Assembly (NCBI RefSeq): GCF_036588685.1
Contig: NC_086380.1
Coordinates: forward strand, 24,428,001-24,492,000
DNA: 64,000 nucleotides
From: Mytilus trossulus
Taxonomy: Eukaryota
Reading direction: 5' to 3'
In this document: piece by piece, positions 12,630 to 25,139 of the stretch
How the letters are laid out: each line of letters starts with the position of its first letter
How positions within the stretch are numbered: the first letter of the stretch is position 1
Made by a program: the position numbers and the translations under genes
Notes under the pieces: model-generated
What the model saw: the letters and a program-made list of their open reading frames with translations, nothing else
What the model was told of the DNA's origin: nothing
Database searches by the model: none

Positions 12630-13523
12630 GTAAGTGTTTATAATTTTTAAGTAAAGTATGCCCAGTTAATGTCAACATTATGAATTTGCATATACATTTT
12701 CCACTTGAATAAGAAACTCAAGTATACAAAACATTTCTTATTCCCATCTTGAACAATGCTTCCATCGTCGTCTTCGAAAACCATTGTCATTGATATGTTT
12801 GAAGAGCGTAATCTACCTTTTTTTAGGAATTGTACGTCATCATCGTTAAATGTAAAAAGTCATCTCAAGTCAATAATAAAGAATGATAATTCATCAGTTC
12901 TACGAGGTCATTATCTATTTTATATGTAGCATAAGTGACTATAAGTATTTATTTTGCGAGTGTTTGTTATGTGTGCTTAAGCATGTGGTCACTTATGGGT
13001 TGAACCAATCTAATCTGATTATCGTAAACCACAATTATGACTGCATACACTGTAACGGTAGCTGGTGATAGTAAATGTTTAAGTCATGAATCCTCCACTT
13101 CGACCCCTTGGGTATTAACTCATCCTATTAATAATGTGTATCTTTTTTTTTTACCAAAAGAGGTGTACCGAACGAGCATTTAATAAGTGCTAGTCTTTTC
13201 ATTACAGTCTTTATATTTCTATACATATAAAATATATATATAATGGAGAATGATTGCATGTTGAATAAGTACAAAATGTTGCCTAACAACTAGTAAACTT
13301 TCAAAGAATAGTTATGCGAGTTTGAACTCATCGTATATGAGTCATCGAATTTAACGTTCACAATAAGACTAAACGTTGCTACGTATATTGCAAACAAAGA
13401 TCAACGTCAGCCGAAAATAAGCATGCATTTCAAATAAAAGACCCTTAACAATTTAAAGTACTTTTAAGATCCATACATGATTTGAAGTAGTATTTATATC
13501 CACCTATACTTACTCTTTAACAG

Positions 13524-13686
13524 CTACGAAATGATGTAAGAAATCAATGGGCACATTGCAATTTTTCCGAATGGGATGAAATGAAATACTTAGGATCAAT
13601 TCAGCTGATGCAACAACTTATCAGATATCTACACATGCCTACTGAAGTAACAGTGCTAGCAGATTTATCTCACTGGGAAGTTAATG
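13524..13686 (+). CDS. STAND gene exon 2: HEPN R-x4-H motif (RNQWAH); not in the ORF track
   Basis: Acceptor ctctttaacag; LRNDVRNQWAHCNFSEWDEMKYLGSIQLMQQLIRYLHMPTEVTVLADLSHWEVNG; 163 nt, phase 0 in, phase 1 out (G|GTACAG). Confidence 0.85.
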
Positions 13687-14500
13687 GTACAGTTTATATA
13701 ATTACAAGCTTATATCATACAACATAATTACAAGTGATAATATTGTCAATGATACAACTCTCTATCAGAAACCGAGTAAGCAATTACAGGTCAATATCTT
13801 GGGCTTTAAATTGATACAATATAATTTCTTCGTTTTCAAAACTTTGTCATAACCAAGGTTTCTTAATTGTATGACACATATATAAGCATTAGAATGAGAA
13901 AAAGGGGGAGGCGGACGATTCTTTTATGAATTATTAATTTATAACACGCAAAAATAAAATCCAAATGGTAAATAATCAACGTCTGTTCGCCATGCACCAA
14001 TTAAAATACATCAAATGTCCATTTTAATATTTTTCAGATAATCTAATGGCCAACTATTTTAACATCTGAACAAGAAAGAGACGTTAACAGATACCGAGAA
14101 TGAAAATATTTAGATAAACAAACTCGAATCCTGAACCAGATTATTTAACAAGAATTTTGTATTTACGTAATCATTTCTTGGTTTTGCACTACACATTTGT
14201 ACAAATTATATCCGTTTTATCATACCACAACCTAATCAGAGCATTCAGGCATTAATATACCATGTAAGTAATGTTCGTTTTAAAAATGAGTACTCGAAAG
14301 TTAATTCCCAATCCTGCAGAATCGTTAACGTCAATATCTAGTTTAAGTATAGGTTGGATGAAGTAATCACTGTATAAGATGGTAAACAAATTCAATTACA
14401 AAAGTAACAAATGTCTTGAAAGTATCATGGCATAATACCGAACTTCGAGGAAATAGTAAATGAAAATTCCATAAGAAATTGTCAGAATCAAAAGCTTAAA

Positions 14501-15215
14501 TAAAGGCAACAGTAGTATACCGCTGTTCAAAACTCATAAATCCATGGACAAAAAACAAAATCGGGGTAACAAACTAAAACCGAGGGAAACGCATTAAATA
14601 TATGAGGAGAACAAAGACACAACACTGAAATGTAACACACACAGAAACGGACCAAGCATCAGACAAAATCCCACGAAAATAACAAACATAACATCAAAAC
14701 CAAATACATGAATTTGGGATAGACAAATACCGTGACACGTCTTATCGCAATGTGAAATTACATTAAAAAATAAGAGAAAACAAACGACGCAACGTTAAAT
14801 TGTAACACACACAGAAACGAAAATAATACAACAATGGCCATCTTCCTGATTTTGTACAGGACATTTTTAAAGGGAAAAATGGTGGGTCGAACCTGGTTTG
14901 TGGCATGTCAAACCTCGCACTTTAATTGTCATGTTAAATATAACATTGAAATGACAATACAGTATTACAGAACTACAATACAAATAAATAGGAGAACATA
15001 TTAGACAAAGAAACATATGATTAATAGATAACTAAAAGCATCAGGTTTTAAATTCAATACGCAAAAAACGCGCCTTGTCCACACAAGACTCACCAGTGAC
15101 GCCCAGATATAAAAGATCGAAAGTGAAAAAAGTAAAAAAAGTTGTACAGCACTGAAGATCAAAAGTTGAAAAAAGGTTGTGTCAAATACCGCTATGTTTT
15201 TCTGCTTGGGATAAA
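14501..15215 (-). mobile_element. Composite non-autonomous element: retrozyme-like head with degenerate hammerhead plus ~550-bp tail (intron 2 of the STAND gene)
   Basis: Close to 21410-22060; reverse complement of 15059-15106 reads gcgtca-CTGGTGA-gtct-tgtgt-ggac-aagg-cgcg. Confidence 0.75.
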
Positions 15216-15605
15216 ACACATCAAACAAATGGACAACAACTGCCATACTCAAATATGTCATTTATACCTCCGTGTTTTGAAGATTTTACAGTTATAAAAG
15301 TTGATCATTTAACTTTTAACCAACTTGTCTAATGTGTCAGATATATTATTGTCACTTGTGTTAAAATATGTTAGGAGTGTGATATATATTTTATAAAAAT
15401 CATTGAGCATTATGTCCCCCTTTGATAAATTTAGGAACTTCCCCGGTCAGAGTAAAGTTTGGTTTCGATCGCTTATGAAATAGTAGCAAAGTTAAGAACT
15501 TTTTGATAATATATTCATTTAGGAACCAGAAGACTTGTAAAAAAAAAATATAAAGTGAACTCAGGTTTACATATTATTATAGGTATCTTATCCACTATAT
15601 ATATT

Positions 15606-15935
15606 TAAGAAAATATGGTATGAGTGCCAATGAGACAACTCTTCATGCAAGTCACAATTTTTAAAATTAAACCGTTATAGGTCAAAACTAGGTGTGAATA
15701 CGAAACCCTTGCTCACACCGAACAGGAGGTATAAAGAGAGTTCCAAAAAAGTAACTAGTGAAAAAACCATTCAAACGAGAAGACTAACGGTCTAATCTGT
15801 ATAAAAAAGGCGAAACGAGAAACACGTATGAACTACACAAACAAACGACAACTACGGAACATCAGATGCCTGATTTAGGATAGGTGTAAAAACATGCAGC
15901 GAGTTTAATCGTGTAAATAGGTATTAACCTTCACC
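15606..15935 (-). repeat. High-copy interspersed repeat (atgtggtatgagtgccaatgagacaact family)
   Basis: Reverse match to 25290-25610 and direct match to 46046-46370. Confidence 0.8.
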
Positions 15936-16099
15936 ATTAATAAGGTTAGAGTTAATAGAAATAGAAATTTTATGAAAATGCTATCCATCATGTGTTTTAG
16001 TTTCCAAAGCTAAAAAAGTTAAACATACGTTAGACAGAGGAAAGAGGGCGACAGGAATATATGTATATCATTCATTATCTGTCATACGTCTCTTTTTAG

Positions 16100-19000
16100 G
16101 TATCAACCTTTTCCAAGGAACAAGATTAGGTCTAGAAATAGTTGAAGAAGTCAATAAACACACTCAAAGTTTGGCCAAGTATGTACTCCAACTAAAATCT
16201 GAGACGACTTCCTATTCTGAAATGGTTCACAGTTCGTTAGTTCTGATATCTAATAATATTAGCAATGTCTGTAAATGTATTGACCAAACAAACAGAGATT
16301 TATCACGAATCACAAGCGAAGTAAGTTCGCTGAGGTTTCGAACTGATAACATCGAACAGATTGTAAATGAAAACGTCCAAGATATCAAAGATATAAGAAC
16401 TGATATAGAGAATATAAACAACTATAACTCGCATCAGAGACCCAAAGCAAAAGTTTTCTTTTATCCACCAGATAGAGTTATTGTTTTTGTTGGTAGGGAA
16501 GACAAATTGCTCTCATTAAAAGACAAGTTTGTACAGAATAAAGATGTGAACCACACAGAAGTAATATGCGGTTTGGGAGGATGTGGTAAAACTACTTTGT
16601 CCATAGAATTTGCATGGATGTTTCAGCAGTTCTATCCTGGTGGTGTCTTCTGGGTTTCTGCAGAATCAAATGACTCTCTAGAGGACACAATTACAACTCT
16701 TGCTATTGATGTAGGCACATTAGGACAGAACAGTAAAGAAACTTTCAAGAGAAGTATCAGTTGGTTAGGACAATTAACAAAGAGATGGTTGATTGTAATC
16801 GATAACGCAGATACAGCTATTATTTCTGGTCAAATGAAGGAATTACTTCTAGGAAAGTGGAAACGAGGCACAAAAGGGCATATTATAATAACATCAAGAC
16901 GAGAACCACTTGCTATAGAAGAGACTTTCCATGTCAGAACAATCGACTGCAATTATCTAGAAATATTCAACGACGTAGAAGGAGTTCAATTTTTGATGAA
17001 ACGAACTGGAATATGTGATGAAAAGTCCAATAGCAACATATCAAAATTAGTAAAAGAGCTTGGAGGTCTTCCTTTAGCTTTAGAACAAGCTGCTGCTCAC
17101 ATCAAAAGCATTAATTGTTCCTTCAAAGATTACCTATCCAGTTTTGAGAAAAAACGCCTCACATTATTATCGAAGACTACAAACCCTCCATTTGAAGCAA
17201 ATATAGATAGACTTGCAGTAATGACAACTTGGCAATTAAACATGGATTACATCAGATCTCAGTCAGAAGCAGAAGGGCTTGGGACGTCTGCTGTTATCAT
17301 TATGAAAGTAGCATCTTTCTTATTTGCAGACGACATGCCCGTTGAAATTTTCAATAGCGGGGAACCCACAATAAGTGTCGAAAACCTATATGAATCACTT
17401 ACAGACCCAATTGGAATAAAACACGCGGTTGAAATTTTAACTAGGTTTTCATTATTTCAAAGATATCGATCAGAAAGTTTATCAGTTCATAGATTAGTCC
17501 AAGAAGTAATAAGAGGCAACATTGAAAGAGACGAAAAAACATTCATTCTTCAATGTGCAATAAAAATGACTAATAAAGCACTAATGTCTACAACTACTCC
17601 CCACACAGCTATTCTAAAACCAAAAAATGAACCACAGGCTTCTAGAGGATTACTTAATATATGGAGTAAATTAGCTGCAAATGCAAATACATTAAAAAGT
17701 TATCTCAGTGTAGGCAAAGAGAGCCAGGAAAACAAAAATCTATATATTAGTTTGGAATCTGCAAGAGTAATGCAAGCATCAGCTATTTACAACAGTCTGT
17801 CTCAGAGACAAGATGTGGCCCTGGAGGATCAAAATCAGATGCTGAATATAATGGCGTCCTTAGATATGGATGAGCAAACTTATAATGAACTTACAAGTAT
17901 TAAAATACCACTTTTAGAGAGAGATCGTATTCGTGTCCAAAATAGCATTGCAACTGTATTACAAGATGAGGGTAATGAAAATATTAAAAGTTTTGCGGTA
18001 GTTCCTCTTACACCAGACAGATTGAGAGAAATAGGTAATAAAGCATTTCAGGAAAACCGATACGAGGACGCTCTACAATACTATACTGAAGCGTTGCGGG
18101 CATGTCCAAAGAAAGATTTCGACCATAGAATATTGACAAACAGAAGTTTAGCGTACCTGAAAGTTCATGAATACGCCTATGCTCTTGCCGATGCTAATGC
18201 TTCGATCGAAATAAATCCTCATTTGTGTAAACCGCATCTATGGAAATCATACGCCATTGCCGAGCTCAGGAATAAAGGCACATTGCAGTCGAAAATGGAA
18301 GGTTCGGGTATAGCAAGTGCTTCTATTGCAGCCTTTTTAAATAAGCTATGCTTACACGAATACAAAATGAAAGTTCATTATCCTATAATCATGTATGAAA
18401 TCATAGAATGTGAAAATCAGTACATCGATTTACCATCCAGGATTATGTCTATCGTAGATCGCCCTTTTACAACATACATGCTGAAAAAAGGACGATATAC
18501 CTTCTCACAACTTGTAAAAACAACAAAGAGTTGTCAAGTTATAGGGGTTGAAACCGGAGTAGAAATTGAAATGGAATTTGGGATTCAAATTTCAAGACCT
18601 TTAGACTATGAATTTGATTTCGAGCGAGAACGAGAAATAGCGGTTCATTTTGAAAACATATCGTTTTGTTCTAAAGGTAGTCAAGTAAAACATGTAAAAG
18701 TAAAAGAAGGTGGAATTGGAACTTTCTATAGATGCAATTTTTTGCACCAATATCTCAAAGAAGAAATAAAATTTGAAGAATGTATTGACACCTTTTATCA
18801 AAGGTTTTAAAGTATCATAACTATGGACGACAAAAAACATATCTCAAGCATCGTCTTATCACAAGGTGGTATGATTGTTTTAAACTTATGTGATATATAC
18901 TGTTATGGTGGTTGTGGCATTTTTGCACATGGTGAAACTTCTTTCCTGGATATTTCGAACTGCAATGTTCACAACTCAGTGATAGGAATAGTCGTTGGTG

Positions 19001-20142
19001 ATGGAGGAACAATGACAGCCGTAGACAATCGAATATGCAGTCACATATTGCATGGCGTAGCAATTGGTCCCAATGGTGCAGCACTTTTAAAAGGTAATAC
19101 TATTTCACAAAATAAAGCTGAGGGTATATGGTGTGGTGGAAAAAATAAATATAAAGAAATAAGTACTGCAAAAACTAAGGTCACTGCGCTTGACAATTTT
19201 ATATTTCAGAATGGTTTATCTGGAATTTGCCTAGACGGAGGATACTTTTTGTTAAAGAACAATATTATATCCGATAATTGGGCATGGGGAATTCTTATAA
19301 AAGAAAGATCCTCTGTTTTTGCTGAGAGCAATGACATTTCTTCTAACAAGTGTGGCGGCATAAGAGTCGGTATTAATTATTCTGCTTCAGTTATTATTGA
19401 TGGAAATACAATCAAAAACCACAGTGGACCAGCTATATTTGCTATCAATGATGAAATAAGCTATAATGCAAAGGCTACAGATTTAGATGAGACTGAAGTC
19501 TATTCAACCGCTCCAATCATGACAGACAGAAATCTTAGCTTATGTAATGATAAACTGATTCAATCTCCCAGAGATACAATGAAGTCATCAAAAACATGTT
19601 GTGGTTGCCAAAAAATGTCAGCAAGCTTGAAAGCATGTACCAATTGTAAAATTGCTCAATATTGTTCGAAAGGATGTCAGAGAAATCACTGGATCCTTCA
19701 TAAACATATGTGCCCGCTCTTATCAGAGAAATACACAATTCAAATTCGAATAACAGATACATTATCTTGTGCACCTTATATCACTAAAAACTATAAATCA
19801 GAATATGTAATTTCCACTCGACATTTTCATCCCTCACTTAAAGGAATATGCGAGGGGCTTCCCCCTGATGTTAAATCAACGAAGAGGTTCATCGTAAAAG
19901 TTCAATCTGACCACGATTATTTGCCGTACAATCCCAAAAAATATTTGACACTTTATGATCAAAGCGTAACTTTGGATATACAGCTGATAAATCCTGAACT
20001 TTATCATTTGTGCAGCGAATGTGGAAAACTCAGCGGTGATAAAATTACGTCTAAAAAGATTTTTTGCTGGGCCTCATATAAAAATGGGGGAGATATCCTC
20101 TGTATTCATACTGACGAATTTCCATCATTTCAAACATGGTGA
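16100..20142 (+). CDS. STAND gene exon 3: coiled coil, NB-ARC, TPR, beta-helix, MYND finger, C-terminal domain; one in-frame TAA at 18808-18810
   Basis: Acceptor tctttttag with matching phase; Walker A GLGGCGKTT (16570-16596), Walker B WLIVIDNAD, IIITSR, GGLPLALEQA, VHRLVQ; TPR LREIGNKAFQENRYEDALQYYTEAL; GN-x-I-x-x-N repeats; MYND C-x2-C..CTNC..YCSKGCQRNHW..HKHMC (19597-19713). ORFs 16171 and 18823 share a frame. Confidence 0.9.
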
Positions 20143-21189
20143 AAAAGATAAACGCATTGTTAATTTTTCAATTTGAAAAAAATGTTGGAAGTCTGAATGT
20201 AAATGTATTTTGCCTAGTTGTATTACGAATGCACCATGTTTTTTAATTACGTGGTTTTTAATAACCATTGTCGGATGACTGTCCTAGTCCATTTCCCTGG
20301 TTGTAGACTTCACGCTTTAAAAAAAAAATATAAGAAAATAAAAGCACAAAATATCCAATTTGTTAAACCATCATTTGAATTACAATTTATTAGGCAGCTA
20401 TTGTCACGGAACGAGCGAAACTATTCAGAAAACCAAAACTTGCATTTAAACGTATTAATTAATATACAGATAGGCAATTGAACAAGTGGTGAAATGCGCA
20501 CATAGAAAGCAAGTATGTGCCAAGGAAGCACTGCAAATTAATAAATATCTATCTTTTTAAACTTTTGCAATCCGTTTGGAGACAAAATTTACTCGTATTC
20601 AAACCAACTGCCATGAGCAAACGTAATTGTAAAGGTAAACTTAGATATGCAGAATACAAACTAGTCATTTACATCAAATAAAAGACTCCTATGCAATACA
20701 GCGCACACAGTTATATTCTCCAAATGAAAATCGTACGGATCACATATTCAATTTATCTCAACAAAGTAAAAACAGAAACAAAAATTAGATTAATAAAAGC
20801 TTTCAAATCTTGAGAAGCCTAAGATTGACAAGAGTAATTGCTCTACTTGTGACAACGGTGTTGCTTAAGATAAGCAAATGACTTATTAGATTTACAGACA
20901 TTTTTAATTGCCATGTGTTCTGTGTATACCTGTCATCGTTTTAATAGCAATGTTTGTAGATTTCGTAGATATAGAAACCCCAGGTTGTTGATGGGGATCG
21001 TGTTGATCAGTTTTTAGTTTTCTGTCATGATTTTGGTAAAATGTTGTTTTTTAGTCTTTCTTCGTTGTTGTTTTTTTACGTTACTTCATTGTTAGTTTGT
21101 TTGACTCATTATAAAACAGTTAGAAAATGAGATATGATTGCACTTAAGACAACTCTCGATAATAAACCATATGACAAAAGGTAAAACCA

Positions 21190-21340
21190 CAAAAATATTG
21201 AACTCCGAGGAAAATTCAAAACGGAAAGTCCCTAATCAAAAGCTCAAATACATCAAACAAATGGATAACAACTGTCATATTCCTGACTTGGTTTAGGCAT
21301 TGTCTTATTTAGAAAGTAGCGTATTGGACCTGGTTTTAAA
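21190..21340 (-). repeat. Second interspersed repeat (gaactccgaggaaaattcaaaacggaaagtccctaatcaaa family); also ~1855, ~14440, ~47490-47645, ~61395
   Basis: Five recognisable copies on both strands. Confidence 0.8.
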
Positions 21341-21409
21341 GGGCGAAAATTATTTTTTTTGGCTTGTACGACAAAATTTCATTATATCGAGAACGATGCA
21401 TGAATAAAT

Positions 21410-22060
21410 AAAAGCAACAGTAGTATACCGCTGTTCAAAACTCATAAATCGATGGACAAAAACAAAATCGGGGTAACAAACTAAAACCGAGGGAAACGCA
21501 TTAAATATAAGAGGAGAACATTGACATAACACTAAAATGTAACACACACAGAAACGGACCGAGCATCAGACAAAATCCAACGAGATTAACAAATATAACA
21601 TAAGAACCAAAAACATGAATTTGGGAAAGACAAGTACCGTGACACGTCTTATCGCAATGTGAATTTACACTCACAAATAAGAGGAAACAAACAACGTTAA
21701 AATGTAACACAATCAAAAACGAACTATAATATAACAATGGCCATATAGACTTGGTACAGGACATTTTTAAAAGAAAAATGGTGGGTTGAACCTGGTTTTG
21801 TGGCATGCCAAACCTCGCACGTTTATGGCCATGAGAAATATAACATCAAAATGACAACACAACACCACGGGAACACAGCCAACAAAAGGCAACAAGCTTA
21901 TATTTTAATACGTGAGAAGTGCATTTTGTCCACACAAGACCTACTAGTGACGCCCAGATACAAAAGTTTGAAAGCCGAAACAAATACAAAGTTGAACAGC
22001 ATCGAAGACCAAAAGATCAAAAAAATTGTGCCAAAAACGGCAAGGATGTTCTGATACCAG
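21410..22060 (-). mobile_element. Second copy of the composite hammerhead-headed element
   Basis: Same aaa(g)gcaacagtagtataccgctgttcaaaactcataaatc terminus as 14501; degenerate hammerhead at ~21912-21956. Confidence 0.75.
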
Positions 22061-23060
22061 AACATCCCCATGAACAAAACAAACAAACATAATGGCTAAA
22101 CGGTGCCTGAACAAAACAAGCAGACACTTACAACTATAGGTCTTGATCGAAGAGTAAGTCATATACCGCATAGTCAGCTATAAAATGTCCCTAAATGACA
22201 AATATTAAACAATGCAAAAGAGAAAACTCACGGCCCGATTTATATACATAAGAATGATCTATTTGTTTTAATATGGTATACAGCATCAAATGACTGCAAT
22301 AAATTCCAAGTTCCTCACTCGAGACAGACACATGTAAAGTGCGGCAGAGTTAAACTATTTTTAATGTTAATTTATTTAAAAATTATTCTCAGCTTGTATG
22401 CAGATTTGTAAAATATTCACGATAATGATATAACTCGTAGTATTGCTCTTAAGGTGACATTGGGGTCTTCCGCAATTTTTGGATTGTTAAAATGCAAAAC
22501 ATAATGGGTATTTGGGTATAAACACCAATGGTTTGATCCTATCAGTCTTTGTTTCATTTAAAAGAATACTTGTGACTCGAATTGGTTTATGCAATACAAC
22601 ACCCGGTTAATTTCTTAACACTTGGCATGTTTTGTACTAAACCGGATGTACGTTCTAAGTTTAAAAGTATAACATCAAGTCGTCACATTTAGACCTAGAA
22701 AGCAATTTACTGATAAAATAAGTGATTCATAAAAAAATTCGATACCGGAAATGTTTTTGTTTAAATATCTTAAAACTACTTGAAATGAATTTCTGATAAT
22801 GTTCATGCAATTTAATATTTTTTTTAATACTAACAAAAGATCTATTCAATTTATATTTGTTTTAGATATATAAATCTATGAAGAATAACAAAAGAACTTG
22901 GGTGTAAATATAATGACTACGTGATGTAAAAAATGTCTTTCCCTGTCTTTAAGGACATGCTCATTAATACAAAAATACATATACCAGGTTTAAATCAATA
23001 CAGATTGAGTTCAACTTATAAAGTTTAGATTCAATAATGTATAACAAACAATACCACTTT

Positions 23061-24355
23061 ATATTACGGATTGCAAATATGTCGAAGTTTGTGATTGGAT
23101 AACAACACATAGATGTCAGTATATATTCAGGAAACTGCCGAGGTATATACGATGTTTATATTCCCAATTAGAACCCCAATAACGTCATCATAACACCGGT
23201 TAATATGTGACGTAGTCAAAAGCTATACAGAAAACTAAGGAATGTCAGAGGCTCACGGAGGGAAAATAATGACATGCTTGAGTCAATAATACATTTTTAA
23301 TACAAAATTACGCAATTTACACTTTTAATACTTAAACTTAATATTGAAAGTGTTATCATAAATTATTGCATACACAATAACTTATGTTCACTGCAAATTA
23401 GAAAATCCTGCAATATATGTGTTGTAAAAAAGAACAAAGCCACACACACATACAAACACAAAATATGATATCTAAAAACTTTATTGAAATTATTTTTTAA
23501 CGGAAAAAAATTTGGTCAAGATAAACAATGTGCATTTAAATGTATTACTTAAACATTAGAAAGACAATAATCATGTACTGAATATACATGCTGCATTGTG
23601 GATGTTCATCAAATACCTGCACTGGAAAATAACATTAAGTCAGGGGTAATCCGTAATATATGTGTAATTCAGGTCTGAGACAGGGTATATACTGTGACAT
23701 TCGGCTCAGGGGATATAAACTCTAAGCCGGGCATGACACAGTATATTACGGATTACAAATGTGTCGAGGTTTGTGATTGGATAACAATACAGAGATGTCA
23801 GTATATATTCAGGAAACTGCCGGGGTATATACGACGTTTTCATCCCCAATTGGAACCTCAAAAACGTCATCATAACACCGGTTACTTTGTGACGTAGTCA
23901 AAAGCTATCAGACTTTCAGAGGCGCACAGAGGGAAAATAATTACGTGCTTCAGTAAATAATACATTTTTGATACAAAATCACGCTTTTAATACTTAAATT
24001 TAATGTTAAAAGTGTTATTATAATTTATTACATACACGATAAAATTATGTTTACAGTAAATAAGAAAATCCTTCACGTATGCCGAACATATCAGGTTTGG
24101 GTTTTCAACTTATATATGTGTTTTCAACAAATACCTGTACTGGAAAATAACATTTAGTCAGGGGTAGTCCGTACTATATGTGTAATTCAGGTCTCAGAAA
24201 GGGTAACACTGTGACATTCCCGGCTTAAGGCTTATATCGCCTTCGCCTTCGGCTCAGGGGATATAAACTCTAAGCCGGGAATGTCACAGTATATACCCTC
24301 TCTGAGACCTGAATAAAATATAATATACCCTGTCTGAGACTTGAATAACATATAA
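23061..24355. mobile_element. Tandem pair of ~0.65-kb units ending in a long hairpin with central GCCTTCGGCT (possibly Crypton-like non-autonomous)
   Basis: atattacggatt.caaat.tgtcga.gtttgtgattggataac at 23061 and ~23744; hairpin 24185-24314. Confidence 0.6.
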
Positions 24356-24464
24356 TGGTATATCCGTGATCACACAATTTGGATGAAACATGCGTTAAAG
24401 GTTTATCGGTCTTATTGTTTCATCTTCGAAAAGAATGTTTGTAGTATTTCAGAATAAACACAGT

Positions 24465-24620
24465 GAGTTTGGCACAACTTTTTGGATTTATTTTATCCTC
24501 AATGCTCTTCAACTTTGTACTTGTTTGTCTTTATAAATATTTTGATATGAGCGTCACTGATGAGTCTTATGTAGACCAAACGCGTGTCTGGCGTACTAAA
24601 TTATGATACTGGTACTATTT
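24465..24620 (+). ncRNA. Retrozyme fragment with type I hammerhead (GAAA changed to CAAA)
   Basis: gcgtca-CTGATGA(24557)-gtct-tatgt-agac-CAAA-cgcgt-gtc-tggcgt. Confidence 0.85.
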
Positions 24621-25139
24621 CTATTCTTTTTCAATTATTTTTAATTCTGATCTCTGCTATTTGCTATAAAATAATTAAATAATAACGAATAGATTAATAA
24701 TCATAACTATTTGCTACATGTTATGAAACATATTGATATCGTAGTCTTTCAAACGGTGTAATGGCTACAGAAACTCTTCATTGCTAAATAAAGAACTATT
24801 TTGGCGACTCTCTACAAACTAACGCCTCTAGTTGAAGCATAGAATTCTAGAAACAGACATATCTTTAGGTTAGGTAATTCACAGTTCCTGGTGTATTTCG
24901 GGTTCATCAAGTCTGTCTTTTGGCAAAAGCGGAGGGTCTGGTTCCACAAGTACACCTTTAATAAACTATATAGCATATTTATAGCATACATTCTCTGCTC
25001 AATCATAATTAAGAGTCTCTGTCTACAAAATGTGTATAACATTGATTGGTTAAATATTTCTCAGTGATGTCCTGTGTTTGAATTTGTTTGTTAGCTTTTT
25101 GGTCATGAATGTTTGTCTCTAATATTTTTTTAACTGTGC

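Noticed and set aside
16171-20142. Two separate genes or a bacterial-style operon (879 aa and 439 aa)
   Set aside because: Same frame, 12 nt apart, beta-helix region spans the stop, and upstream spliced exons join in phase; one interrupted gene is simpler.
22449-22480. Left end of another TTAA MITE (TTAA-GGTGACATTGGGG)
   Set aside because: No matching right TIR found.
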